Source of the DNA: Octopus vulgaris
Lineage: Eukaryota
DNA length: 64,000 nucleotides
Reading direction: 5' to 3'
Assembly: GCA_951406725.2 (NCBI GenBank)
Contig: OX597823.1
Coordinates: 54,250,001 to 54,314,000 of the forward strand
Part shown: positions 23,216-36,883 of the stretch, in pieces
Layout of the letters: every line of letters starts with the position of its first letter
How positions within the stretch are numbered: position 1 is the stretch's first letter
Translations under genes and position numbers: made by a program
Notes under the pieces: model-generated
What the model was told of the DNA's origin: nothing
Database searches by the model: none
What the model saw: the letters and a program-made list of their open reading frames with translations, nothing else

Positions 23216-24249
23216 TAGGAAGCGCAGTGGATGAGCAATTTCAGTAGAAGAATCATCCACAGACCAACGGCAATACCTACATGATGCAAGGCAGCATCAG
23301 TGAAGTCAACAGGCAGGATCGCTAAGCATCCTCAGTGTATATATTACCGCTAATGTCTATAGACCTGGTGACCATGGATGTAATTAGCTAAAGAAAAATT
23401 TCATCCAAGCAAGATCAGCCAGACAATGTTACAATCTCACCAAGTTTAAGAAAACTTCATATCTCTTCAGTGATTCTTTTACAGCGTCTAGAATGCTGAA
23501 TTTCATTACCCTTATCTGCAAGGTAACTTAAATGGCCAAACAGTTATTTGTGTTGCATGAATGTTGGTCATGGGCTTTCCTGTTGTAGACGAGAGATGAA
23601 GGTTCCTCAGTTTCTTGCTGAACGACCTGCACAAGTAATTTTGTTCAAAGAGCTCATTCACGTGATCAAATCAACATTGCCTATGCAGATGCTCGGCATA
23701 CCACATGACAGAAGTTGAAGTGTTTGCCAAATAACATGAAACGAAGTTTCTTGCTCAAGAACATAGCTGAGTCTAGAAATCGAAAATGATGATTTTGCGT
23801 GCAACACCCTAACCAAGAAGGCATGCGCTTTCACATGAATATTAATAATACTGGGTCGAACACCTCAGCCATACATACTGATATTTAAATCTGATGCAGT
23901 ATTTTATTAGCGGATTCATTAAGAATTGGAGTACTGTTACCTGAATTTAAGGCAAACTTTTGGAATAGTGAAGAAATCGAATTTTGGGTGGAAGGGATTT
24001 TTCCTACATTTTATAGTTTCCCACTTTTAAAAACACGCTTGGGCTGAATTAGTAAAAAATATAATCCTTTTTTCAAACGTTTTCACCCCCAACCCACATT
24101 GTGCCTTTTGAACAGCAACCACCACTAAATTTAATTTCTCTGTCATTATATTTTATCATGATACAACATCCAACACATTGAAACACTCTTAATCTGCATT
24201 TTTATGGGGGGGGGATTCCTATTTCCCCAACCCCATCATCGTACTTTTC

Positions 24250-24623
24250 AGACCTGACGGCCTCACCCTGTGCCCCTGGTCGAGATGCAGATGCTTTGTC
24301 TGGGACGTCACAGTTAGCGATTCCTTTGCTTCTTCTCACATCCTGGATGATACGGCCAGGGCGAGATCCACAGCTTCTGCGGCCGAGCAGAACGAAATCC
24401 TGAAGTACCGCAATCTGTCGGCCAACTACGTTTTCCATCCTGGGACGTTCGAGACGTTTGGTGGAGTCGGACCACTGACTGCGAAATTCCTGTTTTCACT
24501 GGCAGCTCGCCTAGCTGAGGTAACTGGTGAAGCTCGTGAGGGTGCTTGGTTGTTCCAGTGCATCAACATCGCCATACCCGCGGCAACACTGCAAGCGTGC
24601 TAGCGTGCCTCAATAATCATTAG
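24250..24623 (+). pseudogene. CRE-clade non-LTR retrotransposon, restriction-like endonuclease C-terminus
   Basis: ATG-less frame RPDGLTLCPWSRCRCFVWDVTVSDSFASSH...AAEQNEILKYRNL..NYVFHPGTFETFGGVGP...EAREGAWLFQCINIAI, then a frameshift into RGNTASVL. Confidence 0.85.
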
Positions 24624-25792
24624 AGAGGTTTTCCAGCGCCCCCCCCCCAATTTCAACCTAAGATGGGGAATTGCATTTGTTTTTTTTTAATGATGTTTTT
24701 TTTCGTGTGTTTATTGTTTTGTAATTTTTTTCAATTGTGTTCTCTATTTCGTCCATTTTCCTAATTTAATTTTTTCTTTCTTTTTTTTCTAATTTATGTC
24801 ATGTTTCACGAAAACACTGTCTCAGAGAATGTGTTTCCTGTCGCCGAAATACATTTCTTCATTTCAAAACATTTCTTTTTCTGTGCACGTTTTCTAACTA
24901 AATAAATATTTCTTTGTGGTAGGGGTTCATTATTTTCTTATTCGCGAGTCGAAACACGTAAATGGGGAAAAAAGTCATTCAAGTTCGTTTGTCAACGCAA
25001 GCACTGTTGAAATCAGGTCTGTGTTAATAAATCCTTGTTTTGATCTTAGTTTCATTTTTTTTTATGTGGTATACTCTTTTACTTGTTTCAGTCATTTGAC
25101 TACGGCCATGCTGGAGCACCACCTTTAGTCGAGCAAATCGACCCCGGGACTTATTCTTTGTAAGCCTAGTACTTATTCTGTCGGTCTCTTTGGTGAACCG
25201 CTAAGTTACGGGGACTTAAACAAACCAACATCATTTGTCACAGCTCACACATACAAATATGTGTGTGTGTGTGTGTATGTGTGTATAGAAGCCCGTCGTT
25301 TAATACACATACACACACACTACGGGCCTCTACAGAGTTTCTGTCTATCAAATTTACTCACAAGGATCGCTTGTTCAAGATGCCACGCAGTGTGACTGAA
25401 CCTAAAACCACGTGGTTGCAAAGGCGAACTTCTTAACCATACAGCCACGAAATCTGCTAAAAGAAATTTCTAAGTGTATTAAATTTTGAATATGACTAGA
25501 AAAGAAAAAGGACAAAGAAAAAAGCCAATCCAAAAAATAGTTTCGGAATTGTAGATTCTACATGTATATAATTGTGAGTTAATGGAAGTAGTTTACGTGG
25601 ATCGATAGCATGTATGTGAATGTAGGCGGCGATATACAAAATATTGTAAATGAGTTTTTTTTTAATGAATTGACATTTGTCTTTTAGTTGGATGAAAAAA
25701 AAAGCAAAAAGTAGATGTAATTCTTAGCGACTTGGTCCTCATTCTTAATAGGGGTGAGATTGATTCTGATCTTTATTAGCAAAGAAGATGAT

Positions 25793-25833
25793 AGCTAGAC
25801 ATGTTTCGTGATAATTAGACTTCATCAGTGTTG
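25793..25833 (-). ncRNA. Degenerate minimal type-I hammerhead ribozyme motif
   Basis: CTGATGA-A-GT(ctaattatc)AC-GAAAC-AT-GTC. Stem I is poorly paired. Confidence 0.55.
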
Positions 25834-28800
25834 ACTGCAAGAGACAAAAACTGTTACGAAAATTTTTGGCTTGTATAGTTTGCATAATTATAAAAAGTGA
25901 GCTAAGGGAAAAAATACAAGTGGGCAAGTGGCGTAAATTTATGTAAGAATGAAAATTCGATTTTCTGTTAAATTAATTTTAAGTTCTTGAAATTACCTCT
26001 CCTTTTCTATAAGTGTCACTAATAATTGCCGTTAGGTTTTTGATTTCTTTTTTCAAATAAAAGGCAAGTTTCAAGACATTTAAATTTCCTTCGCGTGATG
26101 AGATGTTGCTTCACATCGCTGGTCACAATGCGCTTCGCATTCTTTTAGCCTTCAAAGGACGCCAACCCGCTGGCTAAGCGAGCAGGCCAACAGAAGAAAG
26201 AGTGAGAGAAAGTTGTGGCTAAAGAGTACAGCAGGGATCGCAACCGCAGCATCGTGGAGCTTCAGGTGTTTTCGCTGCCCGGTCTGGGAATCGAAACCGC
26301 GATCCTACGACCGCGAGTCCGCTGCCCTAACCACTGGGCCATTGTAGTATATGTCAGAATAAATATATTTGTATACAATGAAACAAACTATTTTAACATA
26401 TATGGACTAAAATGACTAAAAATGACCAGTTCTTTGATGCATAGCATACAGCTGGTGAATGCCTGATAATGCATGCGCTCTACGTACAAGAGCGGACATA
26501 GTAGATGCATAGAATCCATAATGGAAACAGGCATAGTGTAAGTGTACCGGAGAGACTTCTATTTGGCTTCTTGAAGTCGAAGTTACTCATAAGTTTTGTT
26601 GCATGCAGCTTTGGAGTTTTCGAATCCAAGGTCGTACAAATATCTTAAAATAGCCATAACCGAGAGACAAGCCAAGTTCATTGTAAGTCTACCGATAGTG
26701 AAGCAGTTTCCATTTGTGAGAGTTAGTTGAGCGCCATTTACAAAACAATTTGCAGTCTGTAGCATCGTCAGCGCTTGCCAATACCGTCTGCCCGGACGAC
26801 GTTACCATTTCAATATTAGGTTGGCTATACGTAACCTGTGAAGATGTGTGGCCTAATAGTTAACATAGCTTCTTTATTTTAATATCTCACATTTGATTTC
26901 TTGATCGGGTGGTGTGTTGTATCTTTAAACCTCTTTCTCGTCGGCAATCACATCCAGGATGTCCCACTTAGTCGACAGTAAACGGGCACCGAGTGGTTAT
27001 ACAGAAGCTTAATAAAATTAGCGAAAAACATAGTACACGCCACCAAGTCGCATTCGCTTACGAATGACCGCTGTAGTTAATTATATTCAATTTGCTTACA
27101 TCAGTGACATTCAAGTTATTTATTGAATCATTATCACTATTTAAAACAGAGGAAGTAAACAGTAACGTTCTTGTTTTTTTGAGAGGTTTTTCGAAACTTT
27201 GGAAACATTTGTATTTTTTCTTTTTTGGAGGGGTGGGGTAGACTAGGTTATTACCAACAATTTTGATTATAAATATTGTTCAAGTTGGCGGAATTCTGCT
27301 TTAAGCACGCCATAACTTTTTTATGTTTTGGAATTTTCAGAAAATTTTTGCGAATTTGTTCTACATACGGGAATTCATACGACTATACAAAAACCATTTA
27401 AGGAGGAATTTAGTTGTTATTTTTAGCACCTCTCACGACCACTTCATACCGTCTTCTTTTGTTTGCCACTCTGCGGTATTGATGTCTTTCAATATCTTTC
27501 TCCCCATAAACACGTTTGATGGCCCATTGCTGGGATTTAAGCCAAAAATTCGGACTGTCCGCATTTTAAACTGTGAATTAAAAAGAAAAAGAAAAAAAAA
27601 ATTTTGTTTCATAGTTGTATGAATTCCCGCGTGTAGAACAAAATGCTTCTGAAAATTTAAAAAAAAAAAAAAAGAGAAGTTATGAGGAGTTATATGGTGT
27701 TTTTAAAGTAGAATTCCTCCAAGTTGTTAAATTACCGTTCCTCTGTACAACCATAGTTAGCACTTCTCGGTACTTTCTATTGTTGTTCAATACTTAAAAG
27801 AATGTAAGCCATCAGGCATTTCTTGGTAAGTTCTTCCACAAAATACTGCAACGTCCCTTATTTTGGGGGATTTCTTGAACATAAGTGTTCTGAAGTATTT
27901 TGTCGTGTGTGAATCGAAATTGTTCAAATAACAGCTTATGTATTTGGAGTAAAGAATTTTGCAAAATGGTCTAATATTAAAGTAAGTGTATGTTATGATT
28001 TTATGCATATAAAGAATATAAGGTAACATATACTGGCAGACAGATACACACACACACATATGAATGGATTAAGAATGGTGATTGACCTTTTGGAATATCT
28101 TTGTGACAAGTATCTCATTGTTTTAATTGAGAATCTGGTACTTTGGAACGAAATTAAAAAAACAAAGTCGTTTTGAATAATAATAATAATCGTCTTGTTA
28201 CTTTTTAGTATCAGTCAAGTGACATCTCAGAAAACTTTCTTTAGATTAATTCTTTAAGAAGCTAAGCGAGTGGTTTTTCTCGAAGTTTCTTTGGAATCAG
28301 TATAAAATCTAAGCCGTAAAAAAAGAGTAAATCATAAACTAGAAAGAGTATTAGAAATCATGTTCACGTTTTTGAAATCGCGATCAAAATGTAGAAACAA
28401 GCAATACATTTATACCACTCTTTATAAGAATCCAAACGCCCTAATAGATCCTAACTTTATTTGGAAAAATGGTATCCAGCTACCGGGACACATTCCGAGA
28501 ATTACTCACCAAAAGCTTTGCCTTACAGTAAGTTAAATACTCGTATTACAGCAAATTTTTGTGATTTAGTAAATTTATTTGTATTTTTAGTCTAACGTGA
28601 AACAACTGCATTTATGCACGTTCATATACATTTACACACCAGAAATATTCATCGTGTGTACATTGTTAAATAAGTGCACACAAACTTGTTTACGAACTGG
28701 AATAAGTTAGAGGAGTGAGGAGAGAATAATTCTAAGAAATCAGGTAAGGCCCTTTGTTAGAGAAAAAGAATTATTTTCTTTTTGAAGAAGAATCTTGCTG

Positions 28801-29491
28801 TAAAACTTAGAATTCTTTTTGCTCAACTACCACGCACCAGTTTATTACAATTTACGAATGTGATTTAACCGATTTTTACTGAATATACCATCAAGAATTT
28901 TCACAAACTCTAAACTGTGTCTTTTCTGCATAAGACCAACTTGTATTTACTATTCTTATAATGATCAATAACTTGCCAACACATCACTTTCTTCTTCGGG
29001 CAAGTGACTTCTACTATAGTCTTGGTTCAACCAAAACCTTGTGAGTGGATTTGGCAGACGGAAACTGGAAGAAGCCCATCGTATATTATATTCTCTTTTA
29101 CTTGTTTCAGTCATTTAACTGCGGCCATGGTGGAGTACCGCCTTTAGTCGAAAAATCGACACTAGGACTTATTCTTTGTAAGCCCAGTACTTATTCTATC
29201 GGGGACGTAAACACACCAACAGTGGTTGTCCAGCGATGGTAGGGGGTCAAACACAGACACACAAATACAAACACACACACATGACGGGCTTATTTCAGTG
29301 TCCATCTACCAAATCCACCCACAGGGCTTTGGTTGGTCCGAGGCTTTAGTAGAAGACACTTGCCCAAGTTGCCACGCAGTGAGACCGAACCCGGAATCGT
29401 GCGATTGGGAAGCAAACCTCTTACCACACATCCACTCCTGCGCCTAAAACTTTGTTAAACATTTTTTGTTCGACGTGCTAATGATTCAGCC

Positions 29492-29493
<2 letters not shown>

Positions 29494-29557
<64 letters not shown>

Positions 29558-29578
29558 TATATACATACACACACATAT

Positions 29579-29621
<43 letters not shown>

Positions 29622-29707
29622 CACATATATATACATGTATGTATGTATATATATATATACACACATATACATGTGTATATATATATATACACACACATAT
29701 ATACATG

Positions 29708-29745
<38 letters not shown>

Positions 29746-29756
29746 CACACACATAT

Positions 29757-29801
<45 letters not shown>

Positions 29802-29812
29802 CACACACATAT

Positions 29813-29855
<43 letters not shown>

Positions 29856-29885
29856 CATACATGTATATATATGTGTATGTGTGCG
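29494..29885. repeat. Higher-order (TA)n/(CA)n microsatellite inside a SINE
   Basis: Repeating (TA)n-CACACACATATATACATG units, followed by the SINE 3' half. Confidence 0.93.
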
Positions 29886-30294
29886 TAGGGGACACCCCTA
29901 CCACCGCTGGATAACCAGTGTTGGTTTGTTTAGATCCCCGTATATATATATACGCATATTTATGTATACACACACAAACGCAATTTCAATTTTCGGATCA
30001 AAAATAATTTTTTTCCACACATGTGTAACGCTATCTTACAAATTCTGTAATTGTATTGTCATTGTGCACATGTATTGGTTCCTAATGAGCAACTTAAAAT
30101 ATTATTTGTTAAATTACTATATCTATTATTTGTGGCATTTAAATGAAATGTTACATTTATCCTGTGACTTTTCTTAACCCAAATCATGGCTGTTTTCGTT
30201 GCCACTTCCTTTTCTTTGATTTCCCCCGCCTAAAATTTTTCAGAAATGGAGAGATTGATAAAAAAAAAATTAAAAAAAGCCAAACTCACTATCT

Positions 30295-30660
30295 TCAGTT
30301 CGGTTTTCGTGCATATCCTCACCTATGAATGTTGGGTATTGACCGAAAGCTTACGATCACAAATGCAAGAGACTGAAATGTGATTCTTTCGAAGTATTTC
30401 TGGAGTAACGTTACTCGACGGGATGCGTTGCTCGGAAATCAGGGAGTCTCTCCAGAGACTTCATTGAGAGGTTACAGCTGCAGTACTACGGACATGTGAT
30501 TAGAATGTCATATGAAAGAATCGTATGGTGGATACTTCAAGCAGAACCAACCGGTAGGAGACCTTGGGGTTGACGAAGAATGAATTTCAGTTGGTTACGC
30601 TTAGGAAACCAAACAAAAAGTCTAATGACGGTGGCTTCTGATAGGATCCTTTGGAAGAAG
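30295..30660 (+). pseudogene. RTE-clade LINE 3' fragment
   Basis: LTY(E)CWVLTESLRSQMQETEM*FFRSISGVTLLDGMRCSEIRESL...IERLQLQYYGHVIRM...GRRPWG. Confidence 0.8.
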
Positions 30661-32612
30661 TGCCCGAGGACTTCCCTCCCCATGACTCTCCCACTATTAT
30701 TCCCAACAGGTCTAATCTGACCCGACTATTAGCAAGTAATTCGGACTGATGGACCTTGGGATGGGGTGGGAAAATACTGATTCCTATTCTCCGCTGCTTT
30801 GCGGTCATACTCAGCCATAGGAAAGGCTTCGAGGAGCAAACTCTGAGGAAAAGTAAAGTGCCAAAAACACCTGAAACAGTTCGACGTTGTCTACAATCTC
30901 TTTCTAGCAACTCCTGTGACGATGTTGTTACGAAGTTGAAACGATCGTGCCGTTCCTTTGGATCTGCCAGTGATGTGGAGAGAAGGGAGACACACTGCAT
31001 GGACAACAACCTGTTCTCCATATCATACTGCCCAAGACAACACTATAAGAGTGGCTTGTGTCGCAGTCTCCCATTCGTGCATAGGACTGTTCAGTCAGAG
31101 ACAACGCTGTCCAAATGGGGCTAAGATCTTTATCTATGGTCATTAATGTCTTTAGCGGCGTTTGCTTTATTTTAAAGTTCTCAACTACATCCCTCAGTTC
31201 CCCATCCTAGCCCATATGTATCATGTTGGTAGCGAACTCCGGATGTTTAGGCTGGGCACCAATTGTATTAATATTATCGATCTAGGAGAACCCAAAAAGG
31301 TTATGAGCATTGCCCCTCCGCTTTTGTCGGCATAACTGTGTCGTTAAGAAGCTTGCATTGCAAACATGTGATTTCTTGTTCAGTCCTACTACGCAGTACC
31401 TTGGGTATGTGTTTTCTACTATACCTTTGTGAATTTGGTTGTCGGAAACTGTATGGAAGCTCGTCATTATATATATATGTGTGTGTGTGAATGAGTCCCG
31501 CTACTGTCTGTTAACCGGTGTTGGTTTGTTCACATCCACATAACTTAGCTCTTCGGCATCAGATTCAAGACGTTAAAAATCATGCGCGCGCGCTCACACG
31601 CACATGTAGCTTTATTTTAACATGTTTATTATGTGTTGCATAGTACTGCTGACTATAGTCGAGAAAGGCAAAATACTCAATGACAAATTCCATGATGAAA
31701 TGAAAGCATGTGGTAAGCTCTCTGAACACCTCCTGCAAGAGGCACTCAACATTGACACGTCTGTACAAAAGAGTGCGAGTCCGTAGCAGGAGTGACGACC
31801 CACATCCATAGGCATCGTGAAAAAAAAAAAAAAAAAGAAATTTGGAAAATCCCCGTCAAAACGACGAATTTCCAATTTGATAGTATTACCTGTCTCCGAC
31901 GTCCGCCGGCGTTTATTCACTGAAAGTGCTCTACAACTAATTAGAAATTACTTGGGCTTATCACCGCTGTCTATGTAAAATAAAGTAACGAAAATAATGC
32001 CTTTCGAATATACTCATATAATGAAAATATGTGTATAGAAATCCCTCGCCATACCGCGGTTCACCTATCGCGCACTCAGTGCATCGCACATCTTTCTGGC
32101 TAAAATATGTAAATTTATATCGCGGACTCCTTAGTATATCCGGGTTTCAACGGCCGATAGATATTTATATTTTTTTAGATTTTAATTATTTCTGTAAGAG
32201 GTTTTGGAACATAAAACCCGCAACAATCGAGGGATTACTGTATATTTACGTGACAGTAAAACCTCGACAACTCGTTTTTTCGCCCAATTCTGAAAGACAG
32301 CGCCTGAGTCTTTGTAATAAATAACAGTCGGCCAAGAGAGAACTGAGTACAGCGTGGCCAGAACATATAAGAGAATGAAGCGAACGTTTTTATATACAAC
32401 TAGAAAAATAATCCTGTATTTTCATGCTACTAATGATGTGCAAGGCTTCAGAATTCGTATTTAGCAATTCCACCATCGTTGCTGGACGCTTTCCGCCTGC
32501 TATTGATAAACTTCGGTGCTTTTTAGCACTATACGTCTATATGAGAAGCTTTCTAAAGACGATTACTGCAGTTGTGTGTCGTTCTACGATATATTCGTGT
32601 TAATTAATATAT

Positions 32613-32666
<54 letters not shown>

Positions 32667-32761
32667 CAAATAAGAAAACGGAGAAACATTAGTTGGTTTA
32701 TCAGCTTTAGGATATTAGAAAGTTACCTTATTTAATTATCAAAACTAATAACCATAATAAC

Positions 32762-32805
<44 letters not shown>

Positions 32806-33011
32806 TTACAATTTGCATTTTGCAGGTATTAATAATGAAATATTGATACGTAGGTAATCGTTTTATTTTGTAAATTTTCATTTGCCTTGCTTATTTTTAC
32901 ATTTTGGCGTTTGCTAGGTTGTTTTCTTGAGAACACACTCTTTGTGGTAAAGCGATTTGACGTCTATTTCTAGCTTATAGGATTTCACTTTAGTGGTCAT
33001 TCCTCTTATTA

Positions 33012-33059
<48 letters not shown>

Positions 33060-33063
<4 letters not shown>

Positions 33064-33258
33064 CTATCGCCATGATAGATCGTTAGCCACTACACACATT
33101 TTTTTCTCTCCTTGTTTTTTCTGTGTCCCTTTCTGTAGAAGAGCGTAGACTCGAAACGTAAAAGACTTTTTTTTTTATTCCTGAGCGTTATACTAATACA
33201 TCTGTTTGTTTTGTACACCACCTGTCTTCGTCTTTTGTTTTTTTCGTAAACTCTCCCT
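33060..33258 (+). mobile_element. Short Penelope-type pseudo-LTR in (TA)n carrying a hammerhead-like motif (33129-33164)
   Basis: CTTT-CTGTAGA-A-GAG(cgtaga)CTC-GAAAC-GTA-AAAG, flanked by TA arrays. Confidence 0.6.
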
Positions 33259-34083
33259 ATATTTATATATAAAGCCTAGACTACTAAGTTTTCCCACATC
33301 CAATTTAAACCTTTGGCCACCAACAGAAGTAAATAGGTTGTGTGTGTGTATATATATATATGTCTCGTGTACACATCTAATGTAATTGTGCAAATGCCAA
33401 AAGTTTTAGAATTGGTTATATCATGCTGCGAAGGAATCTTGTGACAAACATTCATTAGAATATTTGGGGGATTTAATAATTTTTCTATCAATAATGCATG
33501 TCATTTAGTTTTATCACGAGCCGTTTTGTTCGTAAAAAAAAAGAGAAAATGAAAATATAATAGTTGTAATGAAAGCTTTTGAAACTGGTCATGTGATACT
33601 GCACATAACATTAAAAAAATAGTTTATATTATATCGTAAGGGGGCGAGATAGAAATTTCTCTTTGCTTAGTTCTTCAATTATTAAAATTTACAATGAATA
33701 TTCATAATCGTTTGTCATTGGACATCTTTGATAGTATCTTTATTTCGCGATATTTTAAGGTAATAACATACAATAGTTTGGAAAATCAGCTTGTGGCTGC
33801 AAGGTAGAAAGCATTTATGAAAGCAGCATTTATACTTGAAACGAGCAAAAATTATCCGTCAATCTATCTTCGGTATTTTATCATTTGCTAAGGAATTGTA
33901 ATCTGGTGATTCCTTTCATAATTTCGAACATTAAAGTCAGGGATAACGAATGAGAAACTTAGATATTTCTAAATTAAGATTTAAAATTTACATGATTTAT
34001 ATGAATAAGATTCATAAGTTTTAGATTTCGTTTTTGCATCTGGTTTGTAAGATTCCTTATGCGAATTCGTGAGCTGAAACGAA

Positions 34084-34241
34084 TTTGTTGTGTCTGGGGA
34101 GTGTCATGGTGCTTTAATATAACACACTCACCGGTTCAATTTCCACTCATTATTAATTTATTTGGAATAAATAAATGAGTAGAAATTGAACCAGTGAGTG
34201 TGTTATATTAAGGCACTACGACTCTCCCCCCACACAACAAA
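34084..34241. mobile_element. Foldback (hairpin) MITE
   Basis: About 70-bp imperfect inverted arms (…taatataacacactcaccggttcaatttccactcatt / aatgagtagaaattgaaccagtgagtgtgttatatta…). Confidence 0.8.
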
Positions 34242-34323
34242 ATAAGATTTATAATTAATCAAAATTTAAGATTTTTGTCTGCTATAAGCAAAAGGCCTGA
34301 AACTTTGAGGATAAGGACTAGAG

Positions 34324-35010
34324 CAGTGCTGCTCAACCTTTTCCGAATATGGGCCAGATTTAAGAAAGAACAGCGCCAGTGGGCCGGACTTACATTTCTA
34401 GTCTTTCATTTTTTAATACAACTACTTGAAATGGTTTGACAAAGTATTCAGAACTGAAAATATTAAGTTTATTATTTTATTTACAGAAATTACTCATTAT
34501 ATAATTATTATTCATAACTCAATTTATACATACATACATATGATGCTTCTTCTACTTCGTTATTGCTATCAAACCCAAGTTCCGGCGAAAAATTATTATG
34601 GCAATTTAGATAGGACCTGTCATAGAAATAAATTTCAGGTTTTCTTTGTCCATACGATCGAGCGTGTGGAATCAATTTCTATGCTTTCAGGTTAACGCAG
34701 TGTGTATATATGAAGTGTTGCTTGGGAGCGAGGGTGAAGGAAATCATGTCCCCTGGGCAGCACCTCTCTTGGGAGCGGAGGCAGAAAAAAAAAAAAACAT
34801 ATGCCATGCCGCTCCACTTGAGGAGGGGCGGTACTTTTGCGAGCGAGGGGCCTCCAAACAAAACTTGAAATTTATTTCTATGGTGACAGCTTTGGACACA
34901 CAGCGCAGAGTTGCGAGCTGCTTCGGGAAGTGTTTATTGGCAGTCAATAATCATTTATTAATCGAAGAAAAATAACAGTAGTAAGTTGAAGACCGACTAA
35001 CGGGCCGGAT
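34324..35010. mobile_element. hAT (Charlie-like) non-autonomous element inserted in a Nin-like SINE
   Basis: Starts CAGTGCTGCTCAACC after gactagag and has internal gggccgga motifs. The SINE resumes at about 35018 after tctagag. Confidence 0.65.
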
Positions 35011-35851
35011 TCTAGAGATTAGATCGACCCAGTGCTCGACTGGTACTTAATTTATCGACCCCGAAAGGATGAAAGGCAAAGTCGTCCTCAGCAGAATTTG
35101 AACGCAGAACGTAGCGGCAGACGAAATACTGGTAAGCATTTCGCCCGGCGTGCTAACGATTCTGCCAGCTTGCCGCTTTCACCTCTCTAAATAATGTAAG
35201 ATATTTTTGTCCGGTGACCTGCAGATTGTGCCATCTTGAACAGTCTAAGATTACACTTTTATTGATGGGAGCGGAGTCTATAGTCAATTCAATTGACTGT
35301 TAGTAAATCGCTGGTACATATTTCATTATCCATCCTGGAAAAGTATAAGCGGTACTGGATTTAGACTTGGTGGAGCCCTTAGTTATATAAAGCTTGAAGA
35401 CTCCTTGTTAAAAAATTACATCAACTGATTGTTGACAAGAGAAAAATAGGAGGAAATTTACCAGAACGGTTCACTTTTAAGTCGGGCATTGACATTTATA
35501 GATACAATAAGCATGACATGCAAAAATCTTTTGTGTAGCTGTAAATAATGTTACCATTTTTTTAACAGAATATTTTTGCATAAATATACAATGCCAGAGC
35601 TAATTAAAAAAAAAACAAAACACGAGCCTTTTTATTCGTTTTCACACTTTTTGAGCGTAGAAAGACGTTTTGTTTTTAAAATGTCAATGCATATTTGCTG
35701 TTTTACTATCTCTAAAAAAGAAATTTTAATTCAAAGTCAATGTGTTTATGGAAATATATTAATCAAAGAATTTAGCAAAGTCCGTTGCCTTCTCCACTAA
35801 ACTTTTAGCAGCGATCTTTTAGCACCAAACCAATTTCTTTTGGGTTGTCTA

Positions 35852-36520
35852 TGAGGTCTGATCAATAAGTATTAAGACTGTTGCCATAGTAACGAAGCTA
35901 AAGCACTCAGAGAGAAGCTGCTTGGCACAGATTGATCCTGACCTCTGCTGTGCATGTGCACTAGGTTTCAACGTTCTAGCTCACTCCCGCTGTTAACAGT
36001 AGTGCTTTGAAGTAACGTGTGTAACGTGTGATCGTCGCATTGACCAAGACAGAGAAAGTTGCCATGGCGTACCTGCTCAGAGGTCTACGCAAAGTGTATG
36101 GGGAGGAGTGTATGAGTGGTTCACAAGGGTACGAATGATTCAGACACTTTCAAGATGGCCGAATAAATGTCGATAGTGACGAACGTTCTAGGAAACCAGC
36201 AGAACAGAAAAACATCGCAAATTTGCGTGCAGCTGTGAGGGAAATCGTCGAATCACCATCCGTGAGTTATCAGAGGATGTGCAGATTAATTAAGGTTCAT
36301 TTCAGTCCATTATTACTGAAGATTTGGCAATGAGATGCGTGTCTGCCAAGTTTGGGCCAAAACTGCTTTCAGCTGACCGAAAAAACACTCGGGTTTCAGT
36401 TGCACAACATCTCCTTAATTGCGTCGATAACGATGAAACTTTCTGTATGCTTCTGAGCAGATAACGCCAAGCTTTTGGCAAAATTTGATGCAGATTCTCT
36501 GCTCAACTTTCTATGTCATG
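35852..36520 (+). mobile_element. Mariner element with decayed transposase 5' half
   Basis: TA|(c)GAGGTCTGATCAA terminus. Reads VYGEECMS...FRHFQDGRINVDSDERS...NRRITIRELSEDV...VSAKFGPKLLS. Confidence 0.88.
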
Positions 36521-36883
36521 ATCTAAATATCTAAATTTCCTAGGTACTTTACGAGAAAACCGTGTCCTCGATGAAAAGTTCTGAACACTAGAAATGCTTC
36601 TTATTTTATCGAAGCCTAAGAGACGAAAAGCAAAGCTGACCATACCCAGTTGATGCGCTTGTCGTTGAGCTCCCGATTTATCCTAATTGAGCCAACTTAT
36701 GACCTAAGGCTATTCAAATTGGCTATCCTGTCTTTATGCATGTGTGTGTATACACACGTGTGTGCATACATACGTGTGTGTGTGTATATACACACGCACG
36801 CACACACACACACACACATACATACATCGTTTGTAGAAATACATAAATCCGAATGAGAAGCACACTCTAAGATGTAGAGCAGT

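Noticed and set aside
26420-26830. Unique moderately GC-rich segment with a 60-aa minus-strand ORF
   Set aside because: No motif or splice frame that I can support.
30587-31270. Overlapping 144-aa and 122-aa ORFs
   Set aside because: No recognisable domain; adjacent to RTE debris and probably retroelement-derived.
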